A DNA stretch of 62,584 bases, filler included, from Sphacelaria rigidula (lineage: Eukaryota), in assembly GCA_964200075.2 (NCBI GenBank). It is 11 parts of 11 records of this genome, joined end to end, with 100 filler letters (N's around TTAATTAATTAA, not from the genome) between each part and the next. Parts side by side here need not be neighbours in the genome. Positions count along the whole stretch, not along the records: positions 34,195 to 39,792 come from CAXNAA020025982.1; positions 39,893 to 45,490 come from CAXNAA020025983.1; positions 45,591 to 51,188 come from CAXNAA020025984.1; 8 more parts are not named here. One strand, written 5' to 3'. The notes under the pieces are model-generated. The model did not search any database and had not been told where the DNA came from. It saw only the letters and a list, made by a program, of their open reading frames with translations. Made by a program: the position numbers and the translations under genes. Numbering within the stretch: position 1 is the stretch's first letter; each line of letters begins with the position of its first letter. This document shows positions 35,816-47,314 of this stretch, piece after piece.

Positions 35816-37495
35816 TGATGCGTCACAACCATGATCAATTAGCAAAATAATGATAAAATTCGTCTCTCGACAAGACACGGCCTTGACCCGACAGTTTGTG
35901 TTTCCACAGCAATGGTGGCGCAGACGGGGCGGAGTCAGCTTGGTTTCATTTCATTTTCTCGGTTTTCTCTGAACCCTGTCACAACGCTTATACAGGGAAC
36001 TCCCCTCAGATGGACTTGTATGGACTATGCCACAGTTGGGGTTGTGAAGAGCTCGTATCTCGCTACACAAAACGCCATTTCTCACGAAAATGTGGATACT
36101 GGGCCTTTACATAGAAAACAGTCGAGGAGAACCCCTGACCGGTTTCCGCCCTACAGTCCATTGCGTCCAGAGTGAGTATTTGTGCTGTATGTCTTCCATG
36201 GAGACAGCGGCAAGAAACAGTCAGCGTGCCATCGCTCTCCACTGAACACAGTCTACCAGATGCTGCTGATGTCTTTCAAGTGTTCCAAAACAACACTGCA
36301 GACTAAAGTTGTGAACTGGCTGCTAGTTCAACTAACCAGTAGAACCAATTGTTTCACCCGGCATATGTGTCATACTCCAAAGTGTTCTGGATACATGTCA
36401 TACTCAAGTCAATATTTCTGAAGTATTGTACTACAATGGCCGCGGGGACGCTATCACAAAGGCGAGTACATGACCGCCCAGCGCACACACCTTTACGTAG
36501 ACACGAATATCCCAGACAATATACTCGAAAATTGAAAATAAAATAGAAATTGGGCACGGACAGTTGTTGACTGAGCGGATCTGAAATGTGAAAGCAAGGC
36601 TGCGTTTCGTAGGGTTGTTGTGTTTGCTTTGCTTTATTCCGTCGGCATCAAGCGTTAAGCGGTTAGTGGTGGCTGGTCAATGTGATACCGAAGCATGAGC
36701 AGTCGAAATTTCTGTGAGATTTTCCTGGTTGATGATGTCAGTCAATAACGTTACCAAGTTGTCGTGCTACTGGAAGTTCTTGGTGCAGCACTACTGTCTC
36801 ACCGCTTCGTTCTTTTAATTCACGTCGCAAATTTTAGTGATATATATATTTTTTCCCAACACATGAATGTTTTTTTGCACCGATTACGTGCTCGAATTGC
36901 TGGCGCTAGGCGGCTAGAATTTACCGCAATTTTGAAGAGAGGTGAAGCTAAATGGGGTAATTTTCTTGCCTCCCGCGGGGCTCGTCACCAGCGGGGGGGG
37001 GGGGGGGGGCGGTTGCGCGGCCCCGCCGTTTTGCCTCCCCAGGCGACGCTGGGGGGGGCGGGGGGGGGCTTTGCCGCCCTGTTTCCCTTTNNNNNNNNNN
37101 CCTTTTGGTGGGTGTGGTTTAATTTTTTTGTGTTTTTTTTCCCTGCCGCCGCGGGTGTCGGCCGCGGGGGGGGGGGGGGGGGGGGGGGCGTTTACGCGAC
37201 TCCGCCGTATTGCCTCACTAGGCGACGCTGGCGGAGTCGCGGGGCGGCTTTGCCGCCAGTTATCCAATTTTTACTGATAACTGTAAGTGGTTGTAAATGT
37301 TGCAACCAGTTAACTGGTTAGCGAAACCAGCTCACAACTCTACCACAGTGTGAAGCCATGCTGGCAACACATGAGGGACGAGGCAGGCGGCAAAGGCCAC
37401 GAGAAGAGTAAGAAGCGCGTTATTTGTGCCCATGTAATTCATGCTTGAATTGTCGTGACCAAAATGGGAAATACGGCTAGCGAGCGAAGTAGTTC

Positions 37496-37750
37496 ATGTC
37501 TAGCCCACTTGTCGGGAACAAAGTGGCCACTTTGATGGCCGTGATTGCTCAGAATGGACACTCCGCTCCTCTAGGGCCTCGTTCCCGGCTTATTATTCCC
37601 GTGGGAAACTTTCAAGTACACATATTTGACTGGGTAAGCTTTTCGGCTACTGTGCGAACAGGCCCCCACCCCCCCCCCGCCCCCTGGAAACCCCCGGATG
37701 TCCCTGGACTGCCAACCTGTGAAACTGTTCCGGGGCGACACTTGCCCTCC
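37496..37750. repeat. Dispersed repeat, reverse-complement copy at 47705-47975
   Basis: 'cccctggaaaccccc.g.tgtccctggactg.ca.cctgt.aaa.tgttc.g.ggcgac' and 'gccgtgattg' shared. Confidence 0.7.
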
Positions 37751-38520
37751 AGTTGCCCTCCAGCTTCCCCCCCCCCAAGATCGCTGGATATCGCTCATGG
37801 TTGAATTTGGCTTGGGGTATGTTGTCTTCTAAGTGCCACAACAAACCTATTTATCTAAATAGGTAGATGTTCTTTGTACGGAAATCATGAGGACCCCTGA
37901 CCGCTTTTTCGCGACAAGCCACGTGGGTGTATGTCTAGGTATGCTGAGTAGGCGATACTGTACACGCTGTCTCAGTCGAGGAAGTGGTGCACGCTGGCGA
38001 CCTCTACTGCTGCGATGTACTCAAGCAACATACTGTCCGCCTTCCTTTAGCAGTCTTGGTACTCTCAAGGTGTTGCTGGCGCACTTCCTGCATGTTCTGG
38101 TGTTACACTGCACGTTAAACCACCCCACCTGTGCTCTATGGTGCGGCGCTGCTGCTGTACCGTGCACACGGAATTTTCTTCATCAGGGCCTCAATGCAAC
38201 AGTCAGTACAACGAAGCAGAAATAGAATGAGAGTATACTATGCTGTGTGCAGCGGAAAGCCAAGATCACTGTGCCGTACGACAACAGTGCGCACCTCACC
38301 ACAACACAAGATGTGGTAGATAGGCAGCGAAAGCTGCGTAAAGGAAGCAAAAAAACACCCCCTTTTTGACTGTGTTAAACAATGTTTTCGTGAGAATGAG
38401 AGTAGAGCTTTGATTGAGAGTGGGTTTTATCATTCGCTTTAACTTGACCAAATTTCATCATGTGTGTGCTTTTCTTTGCCTGCAGCACTGGCGTGTACTT
38501 ACAGCCACACGTCGATGTCC

Positions 38521-38872
38521 TTCTTGTTGTTGTCGTCGTCCCATGGATGCCGGTCTACCCCTTTCGGTATATGTGGGCGCATCAGCCGGGGCCACACAGG
38601 AGGAAGGCCAACACAAGGGTTTGTTCTTCTGTTTGTTTATTATTCCCCACCTTCCTTCTGCGGCGCTGGCCAATCTTTTTTATCGCGCGAGCGGTTTAGC
38701 AGTCCCTTTCCTCCGTCGATCATTACGTCGAATTTTGTGCACCCACGACATAGTCGCTCTCCACTGTTGGGCATTGTGTGAGAAAAAATACCCGATCGCT
38801 CCGAGATTCGAACCCACGAACCAACCGTCAGAAGGCTTCGAAGTCACCAAATGAGCCACCGGGGCGACCGCC
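38521..38872 (-). mobile_element. tRNA-derived SINE (~350 bp)
   Basis: Head GCCCCGGTGGCTCATTTGGT (A box) ... CCTTCTGACGG (TCT anticodon-like loop) ... GGTTCGAATCTC (B box); ends GGGACGACGACAACAACAAGAA; interrupts a repeat that is intact at 32948-33135. Confidence 0.85.
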
Positions 38873-39089
38873 TCATCCTACGCAGGGATATCAAGGGTTT
38901 CAGTGGCAAGCTACTACAGGACGCGTGTCGGGCCTCGTGGAGGGGAATTTCAGAACTGAAAGTGTTTATTAATTAATTGACCGCCTTTCACTGTCAATCG
39001 TATCCTATATACTCGTACTCTCCATCTCACGAAAACATTGTTGTTCATACAGGCTGGTTCAGGTATATCACCCAAAGAACATTCATCGG

Positions 39090-39380
39090 CGAAACCTCAC
39101 GCCGCTTTAAGGAGTTAGACCCTGAAATTTTGCACAGATGTTCTATGGAGCATTACGCAACTTTCGAAGGTCGAGGTTTTTCGACTTTTCGACTTTTCCA
39201 CTTTTTCACCATTTTTCGGGGGTCCCAGTGTTTTCGGGGAAACATCGATCCAATCGGACCCCCGTAAAACGGTAAAGAGAGGAAAACTGAAAAAACCTCG
39301 TTCATCCAGAGTTGCGTGATCACTCATAGCACAGATGTGAAAAATTTCAGGGTCTAACTCCTTGAAACGGCGTGAGCTTT
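39090..39380. mobile_element. ~290-bp palindromic MITE-like element
   Basis: 'ctcacgccg.tt.aaggagttagaccctgaaatttt' pairs with 'aaaatttcagggtctaactccttgaaacggcgtgag'; inner 'cgggggtcc/ggacccccg' also pairs. Confidence 0.8.
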
Positions 39381-39714
39381 TAGCTTTTGTGCGCTGCACT
39401 TTGATGTGCCGCGGTAAAACCGCAAACTACTTGATTTTAGTACCAAAACGGCGTTTTATGGGCCTTCCTTGACGTACACATGGAAATTCAAGCATCAGTT
39501 GATCGATTTTTGGGACGAAACTTTGTGGGGCCCTTCCGTGGGTTATGCGGCGACAGCTCCTTCACGAAAAATATGAACAAAAGTATCGTAGTGCCGGTTT
39601 TCCGGGGTCCCAGAATGGAGACTACTTCGGAAAACGACTTCGATCCCGTCGGACCCCCGATTAAGGGTGCAAACCTCAAGTAGTAAAACAATATCGTCCG
39701 CAGAAAGTTGCATA

Positions 39715-39792
39715 ATGATGTGTGTGTTGTGTGTTGTCGTCCCATTTATTCTGGGCGCCAGTCTACCCTTTTCGGGATATGTGGGCGCATCA
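39715..39792 (-). mobile_element. 3' tail of the same SINE family (or partner LINE), cut by contig end
   Basis: 'tgatgcgcccacatat.ccgaaa.gggtagac.ggc.cc...atgggacgac' plus CAA/CA-rich tail matches 38521-38585. Confidence 0.8.
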
Positions 39793-40164
39793 NNNNNNNN
39801 NNNNNNNNNNNNNNNNNNNNNNNNNNNNNNNNNNNNTTAATTAATTAANNNNNNNNNNNNNNNNNNNNNNNNNNNNNNNNNNNNNNNNNNNNGCCCTTAC
39901 AAGCCCGGGGCGGGGCCGGCGGGGTTCTCGCCGGACCAGGTTTAGTTTTTGAGGGGGGGGGGGGGGAGACAACCAGCCTGCTGTTCCCTAGTATATTGCG
40001 GAGGCGTTGGCGGGTGTGGTGAGCTACCGTGTACAGAGATCCTTGGCATGGAGACCGCTGAGATGACGGACACACCGCCCCTCCAAGCTCATCATTTACC
40101 ATGATTACATTTCTGGGATCATGTTCCGTGTCGTGTTCCTCGACTATCTACCACTATAATAGTA

Positions 40165-40400
40165 GTCCGGGCAAATCTGGCGAGGCGTGAGATCATGTTG
40201 CTAATTCGGCTACAGGTTGTCGCTACCGTGCGCTCGCGTATGGTACATTGATGTGTATGAGCGTTGCCGGCATCCAAGGTCATGGAGACAGGACAGGCAA
40301 GGAGCAGGAGCAAATATACGAACCTCGTAAAGCCCGTCAGACTTTGTGGTTTTCGTGAGTATTTGTTGATCAAATTCTTTTAAAAATGTCAACAAGAAAT
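40165..40400. repeat. Dispersed repeat, reverse-complement copy at ~48200-48405
   Basis: 'ggcgaggcgt...atgttgcta...cggctacag...gtcgctaccgtg...gccggcatcc...ggcaaggagcag.agcaa.tatacgaacctcg.aaagcccg.cagacttt' shared. Confidence 0.8.
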
Positions 40401-42440
40401 TGAAGAATTCACAAAAAAATACCGAAAATAATGTCGAAAACCACGACAATTAAACATAAATGCCCTCCGGGAGGGGAGGTGGGGGGGGGGCTCCTTGTCC
40501 GATTTTTTTCTCTCGACAGACCTTTGCCTGGAGAGAATTTTCCCCCTAAATTTCACCAGAGGCACCCTCAGCAAAATAAGTGCTCAACGAAATCACATTT
40601 TTACCTGTTGGACGATTTATAAAGCTATTGCTTGATATCCATTAGAAGCACAAAATATGCAGGCTAACAATAAATCATAGGTGGTTCAATACTCACACGC
40701 GAATTCTACACCTACACCTGTCACCTTTCAACCTTTTATTTCCCCGCCAGTACCGTGCCCGCGCTGTAAGGTGGAGCCTTTTGTATGAGCGTAAAAAAAC
40801 TGTACAGCAGCATATTACCAGCAATGAACACTACACGGGATAACGGAACCCTGTGAAGCGTCCTGTGTGGCGCAAAAAAAACATCCTACAGCCAAATCCC
40901 CGCGAGAAAGACTGCACAGTTTATTGAACCCTAAAGACGTGCCCCACAGGGTGCTATCTGTCCACGTTTGCAGGAACGGGTTGCACGAAATGGTGACTGT
41001 TGCCTGAGATGCCTGATTTGAGCAAGACAAACTCAAGATACTTGATTAGCAGCACTGGGGCAACCGCGAACCATTGCCATTTGCCGTGAACTAGGCCCTG
41101 GTCGATGAAGAACGTCGCAGTTTGTGTGAAACACTCTTCTTCAGTGCGGGTTAGGCTACGGGGTGTGGAATACTCCAAAATACATAATCTGGCTGGCTAT
41201 GGAAGATGCCAACCATATGTATCTGGCTGCATAATTCTCGCGGTCCACGAAGGATGGACGATCTGTTGGAGTTTCCTTTCAGTCAGTCACCCTTTTGGAA
41301 CCGATCCCCCACTAATACGGGGTTATTATATGTATTTTTATTATGGGGTTAATACGGGGTCGACCATGTGTTAGTGAAAAAATAATAAATAAGTCAGGGA
41401 GTGACCTGCCCAATCACGGCGATGCGAAATTTATCGACCAGACCCGAACGACCAGCGCGGGGACTGTTGCCGAGTGTGATGTCACAGCAAAGATTGTGTG
41501 GGGGGCCTATCACTGGCTCGGATAAGCCTTTCCAGGTTTTCAAAGCCAGGATGCTCGGAGCATTGCTTCTCGTATTAGTTGCATTCAGTGTAGCGTTCCC
41601 GGGATTTCCCTGGAGTTTTTTCGGATCGCCAGCCTATACTGAAACGTGGTAAATTATACTGACACAGGGGAGTGGAAAAACCGGGAAGGAGTATACACGC
41701 TACCATGTGGTCATTTTCACGAGGCACTAAACCCAGGTGGGCCGTGGAAAGATAAAAGGAGCTATCGCCATGAGTTCTACCTATCCCTCTGCCGATGCCT
41801 TGCTGTGTGCAGTTAACATGTATGTAGTGGGCGGGGATGAAGAAGCGATATATAGGCAGTTGATCTCGGTAACTGAGAACTGCCCAGAACGTGCAAGGGA
41901 GTATGCAGCGGCAACTGCTGCTGCAGTCGGAGAGGCGTACTGTACTGTACTGTACTGTATGAATGCACGCGGCAACGCTGATACCCTATGAAGAGAATTT
42001 GCCGCATGCTACAAGGATAGAAATGGCGGCCCACCCCGACCACAGAGGGCTGTGTGGCAAGGTGATAACAATAATATCATCCAAAGCTGCAAGTGGCTGG
42101 TGGCCCGCCGGTCGCCGCATCTTGCTGAAAGCTCTCTACCGTGACTCATACTGCTTGCTACATCAGATGTACAATACCGAATGCGCACCCTGAACCTGGA
42201 AATAGATTGGATGAAACTTTCAAACTTTAGGACTTCCTCATAACCCTGCGGTTACATACGCGGAATTTCAGCAACACGCCACTGTTTCGTGCTGACGCCA
42301 GACACGTCATTTCTAACCAGCCTCATCGGTCGTTCTGGAGGCCCGGTTCCAAAAGAGTGCGCATTGCACCAAGTCAAATGTATGTGGTATTTGGGGATCA
42401 CGGGGTTCATAACCGATGCTCCTGATGTCTGATACACCAC

Positions 42441-42793
42441 ACACGCGGCCATTTGGCTACCTCCCAAAATACCGCCGAAGGAATGCGCGGCCGTCCAGAG
42501 GCAGAACAAGCCTCCGGAGATCTTCAATCCCTCTCGAGGAAACCAAGCACTACCGACCTGGAGGGCCGCGCACCCCCCCGCAGGAATTTGGGGGTAACAA
42601 AATGCCTTCGGAGAGATGCGCGGCCCTCCAGAGGCAAGAACAAGCGGAGCCGGAGGCGTTTAACCCCTCTGGAGGAAACCAAAAAATCTCCTCTGGAGGG
42701 CCGCGCACCCCTCCGTGGGCGTTCAATCTCTCTGCAGGCTCGAAAAGTTGACGGACTTGGAACAACTTTGGGGGTAGCCAAATGGTCGCGTGT
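42441..42793. mobile_element. MITE with ACACGCGGCCATTTGGCTACC TIRs and internal 'ctggagggccgcgcacccc' subrepeats; other copies 48643-49046, 49264-49546, partial 33881-34065 and 46339-46400
   Basis: Terminal inverted repeats visible in three full copies; TSD not consistently resolved. Confidence 0.8.
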
Positions 42794-42861
42794 CCATGTC
42801 TAGTATTTGACGTTTTTCGTTTTGATATATTTGCTAGTAAGATGTTTTCTTGTTTTTATTT

Positions 42862-43035
42862 TCCTCACACTTTGAAACCCCTCCCCTTTCTCGGGATAAG
42901 TCCGCGGTCTCAGGGGATCAACCCATCTCTTCCCTGGTACGCGCCTTACATTTTGGTCTCGCGGATTGGATCAGCACTCCCGCACCGCGTCAACTCACGT
43001 CACACAAACCCAGTCGACTACTTTGTTTACTCACT
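42862..43035. repeat. Dispersed repeat, reverse-complement copies at ~55150-55260 and ~61870-62025
   Basis: 'ctcggga.aagtccg.ggtctca.ggga...cattttggtct.g.gg.ttggatc.gcac.cccgcaccgcgtcaac..cgtcacac.aac.cagtcga.tacttt' shared; the 55150 copy is more diverged. Confidence 0.7.
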
Positions 43036-43072
43036 TGAGGTGTGTGTGTTTGTTTCCGTGACGCCTGTGATG

Positions 43073-44416
43073 CAGGGTTGCATATCGGACCGAGAATATA
43101 GTTCGATGGAAATTCGGAGACCATCGAACCACAACCGTCGATAACGATATTTTTGTCGATATTCCGAAGATGACACGATACCTTTAGAGCATCGATATTC
43201 TATACGGTACGACTGTGTTGGTATAGCCGCAGTGTACAAGACCGAGCAGTACACTGACACACTGACACCCTCACTCACTATTGTAGGGCGCATAAGATAC
43301 CACATCCCCTAGACAGATTTTCAAAGCTCCCTTACCCCTCACCAGAAGCGATGCCAGAGCTAAACTGGGCGGCATTGCAACCATCTCGTCGAGAGAAAGT
43401 TATCGAGTGTTGAAAATCGCTCCTGAGGTTGTGGTATCTCCAGCAACCTACGGCAGTTTCCAGTGGACAACAGTGGACAACAGTGGACACATGATGTACA
43501 GCAGCGGGTATAGTGTGCAACTTGACATCATGGCAGCGGCGGCATGCGGTGATACAGCTGCCTTACGAATATCTTCCGTTATCGTGCAAGACGTGGTCGA
43601 TCACAGCGGGCCGGGTGTGGAATTGGTCACACTGTTTTAATTTCTACGGCCACTATTCCGTGCGTTTCGATCGAATGAGCGCAAACCTCGACTCTGCACA
43701 CTCATTAGAAAAGAAAACGTGTCAAATCTCAAACATGCGCATACTCAAATGCGCGCTCTTTTGTTTCAACGTTTTTTACGACCAGAAATAGGAAACGTCG
43801 GCAGCATGCGTCAAGTTTTACTTTTGGATGCCAAAAAAGATATATTTGTATGTCATCAACCAAGAAGAAAAAACCACTAAGCTTGCAACAATTAGAATGT
43901 CCAGACTAATTGATGCAGGAGAAAGTAAATCCAACACTCGTCAAACATGAAGGAAAGGCAAAGCGACAGTACCATCTCCTCATACTCCGAAGGACAGCTG
44001 TTTTCTACTGTCATCTGCAGCTTTGCATTGATCATGATCTCATATGTACTCCGCCACGCCACCCGTATGTTGCCGTTGGTAAACACCCCCGCTGAATATC
44101 ACGAAGCCCACGAGGCACCAGCGGTTCCTCTGTATCCTCCTATTCTACGAATAGATACTGCATCCAATCGCCAGGGTTGCACATCAACTTGGGGTCTGCC
44201 GTTCGGGAAAGACCCCCCCCCCCCCTGCGTTTCCTGTGACGACGGTTTTGAGAAATTGAGCTAATCTGACGAAAAAGGGGCCAAATATCGAGCCTATCGA
44301 TACTCGATATTGATACATATCACATATATCGGTTTACTACGCTCCGACACCGATATGGTGTATCGCCGATATTTATCGAAATCGCATCCATTATCGATAG
44401 CCGATGTGCAACCTTG
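43073..44416. mobile_element. Non-autonomous hAT-like element (1344 bp)
   Basis: TIRs CAGGGTTGCATATCGG / CCGATGTGCAACCTTG (14/16); 8-bp flanks CTGTGATG / CTGTGGTA (6/8); ATCGA/TCGAT-rich subterminal regions at both ends; an extra TIR-like copy at 44172. Confidence 0.6.
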
Positions 44417-45987
44417 CTGTGGTATTCGTATGATGTGCCGTTTACGTTCTTATCAACACGAGTGCGCCTCCGTGTTGAACATTGATGGAGTCGGAAGTGG
44501 GTGCTCAGGCCTGGATGTGGTGGTGTGCAGCGCGGAGAGCGTCGATTCTTATTCTGTACCAGTAAATGCTCACAGCAACACATTACTCATTTTTGTTTCC
44601 GCTTGATCACAATAATGGCGGTGTCCTCTACTGTGGGAAGCCCCGGCGAACGTATGTTCTACGCGTATATAGCTTCCACTTGTGACCTCGATCAAAAGCA
44701 TGCTAAGTCCGAGAGCCAGAGATCGGGAAAGGAACTGAGGCACGTCTACGGTTGATCTGCGGCAGATTGCCTTGTCCAAGTCAGGCATCTCAGGAATGGA
44801 TGAAGCATATAAAGCAGATGCCTTGAATAATGACTGAGCCCAATTTTTTCCGCCTGCGGCGCGCCTGGCTGCGATTGCCTGAGCACGCTCACGGCGTTCC
44901 TCATTGGCCAGAGCTCATCTATGATTTCCCCAAGCCTTCGCAGGCGAAAAATGCGAGTGCCGACACCAAACTAGGGCATCATTCTCAGTTTTCCGTCAAC
45001 ACAGGGTTCTCACACCTCTGACTGTTTGGGATTATTTTTTCGCGCGATTGTGCTGTCGTTACTGCTTTTCCCTCGGGTATTTGACGGTCCAGTTTGGGTT
45101 GCGTGGATCAAGCTTTGCCTCTGCAGCGCGTTTCTAGCTTTCGGTGCTTACGTTCTCTGGCGGTTCTACAAGCATCGAAATGTGTTGGAGATTCGAGCAA
45201 GGTGAGCGCATCGTCCAGTTTCGCGTCTATTTGACGTTTGTGTAGGGGGCAACAGGCAAAGTTCATCCGGCTTGGTGCCGAAGTAGTACATGCGATGTAC
45301 TATAGATCTCTGCATGAGGATTAGCGTCAGGTGGGAAAAGGTGAGTATCCCGGGGGAATAAAGTTTTGTACATTTTTTTGTCACATTATTTTAGCCCGTT
45401 TTGGAGGACCCGTGATAACAGCCGATCATCTATGTTGAGGATGGTGCTTTTGATTGAGGATGAGAACCCGGAGGATAAAAATCGTCGTATNNNNNNNNNN
45501 NNNNNNNNNNNNNNNNNNNNNNNNNNNNNNNNNNTTAATTAATTAANNNNNNNNNNNNNNNNNNNNNNNNNNNNNNNNNNNNNNNNNNNNTGGGGGCGGG
45601 AAGCGATTGTTGCGTCGAAGACGGCCGATGGAAGAGACTGATTTCCCGTTACATGCGGGTACAATTTCCAAAAAGCAAGGGTACAATTGGGAGAAAAGTA
45701 GTCACAGCAGGGTATACCGTGGCCGTCTACCGCCGCCGCCGGGTGAAAATGATCGTTGGCCAATCAGCTGCTCTCATTTCTCCTCCAAACAAAGAGGGTA
45801 CCCAAGTTTGTCGCTAATGCACCATGGTATACCCTACTGTGACGTCTGCCCAAAATAATCAACCCGACTCACTTTGTTTTGTCAATTGTGCCTCAGAGAA
45901 CCTCCACACAAAATTTCAATACACGAAAACCAAACACGGGCTGGTGAGTGGCCTGCGAAATATTGTTCCGAATTTCTACCGACCCGG

Positions 45988-46272
45988 TTTTGTAAAGGCC
46001 CACGCTCCCGCCAATATCTAGAGTTGGACCCTGAAAATTGGTATGGACAGTGAATAGGGCATGGAGAAAAAAACTATATCGGCACCAGAAGTTTTTTCTT
46101 TCATGAGTTATGGGCAATAATCAGTTTTTAGGTTTCAGTAAAATGCCTGCAACTCATGAATGAAAAAAAAAATCTGGTGCCGATGTAATTTTCATTTTTC
46201 ATGCCCTTTTCATTGTCCATACCGAATTTCAGGTTCCAACTTCAATCACTGGCGGGAGAATGGGCCTACAAA
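45988..46272. mobile_element. ~285-bp palindromic MITE-like element
   Basis: 'ggccca..ctcccgcca...gttgga.cctgaaa.tggtatggaca.tgaa.agggcatg...atcggcaccaga...ttcatgagtt' pairs with 46151-46266. Confidence 0.8.
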
Positions 46273-47136
46273 CTTCAAATCCGCCTCTAGGCTGGCCCAG
46301 CTCGTAAACTTTACGCGCGCATACGGAACTAAAGTCTACTGGAGGCTCGAAAAGCTTACCCACCCGGAGGAACTTTGGAGATAGCCAAATGGCCGCGTGT
46401 GTACTGTTATTATGCCCTATCCATCGTCTATACCAGATCTCAGGGTCCAATGGGCCTGCAAACTACAAATTCGCTTCGGCTGGCCAGGCTCGTAATGTGG
46501 CCTCGCTCATCGTGGAAGAAAAATCACCCTCGATTCGCGCAACTTCGATCAAGACGGTCGTACCATAGGTATGGGTATCGTTGAACCAATCATAACGAGC
46601 ATTGATTGATTTTATCACATTAGCTGATTGCAACAATCCAGCCCGTGATCAGGAGCAGCAAAAATAGAACGTAATAATATAGAAATATAAAGAAGAATAA
46701 AATGAACAGAAGAACGATAGGAGCAACGGCCTCTCGGAAAGAAAAGAAAGGGGGCAGCGATAACAACAAAAACCACCACATAGCTATAAATAATTTTCCG
46801 AATGAACGTTCTGTGAATCGAAGAAGTGGTGAGCATCACGAGTACTGGTGTGCTGAGAACGGTCCTCGGAAAGCTGGTCTATCGACAGTAGTGCCGAAAA
46901 CTGATTCACGCTGGTTCAGGTCGTTGTTGCAAGCTCAGGCAGGACCTTTGAGGCACAGTGTTTGGTGGAGCTACTGAAATAAATACCAGGTGGGATCGCA
47001 TTGTGTACTTGGGTCCCTGTCATCTTCGATGCCGTTTTAACACACTGAGCGTGGAGCCCTAATCAGTGTCTTGATATTATAGAGATTGTATTACTTCTAT
47101 ACTCGACGCCGTTCTGTGTACACCGTCTGTCCGTAC

Positions 47137-47314
47137 CTGTCTCGGCAGTGTGCAAGTGTTGTTCGGTCTCAATGTAAGTACAAATGCAGGCAAGCCGTGC
47201 GATAACAGATTGCCCCATACGGTCCATGTGCCCGTGAAGTGAATGGGAATGGCGAGCGAACGGCCCGTACGATGAGCCAGCTCCAGTACCCACTTGTCTG
47301 GCCTGTCGGAGGAA
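47137..47314 (-). CDS. Possible isolated exon, unknown product
   Basis: Acceptor 'gtgtcgtag' and donor 'CAG|GTACGG' bound a stretch open in two frames; no motif recognised. Confidence 0.25.

Noticed and set aside
36955..37265. Apparent tandem duplication around a 10-N gap
   Set aside because: The left copy looks like a homopolymer-corrupted version of the right copy next to long G runs; probably a sequencing or scaffolding artefact.
38795..38870. tRNA-Arg(TCT) gene
   Set aside because: A and B boxes are present but the acceptor stem does not pair well, and the sequence continues into a SINE body and tail.
40950..42195. Short coding-like ORFs on both strands
   Set aside because: No consistent spliced model or recognisable motif could be built; left uncalled.
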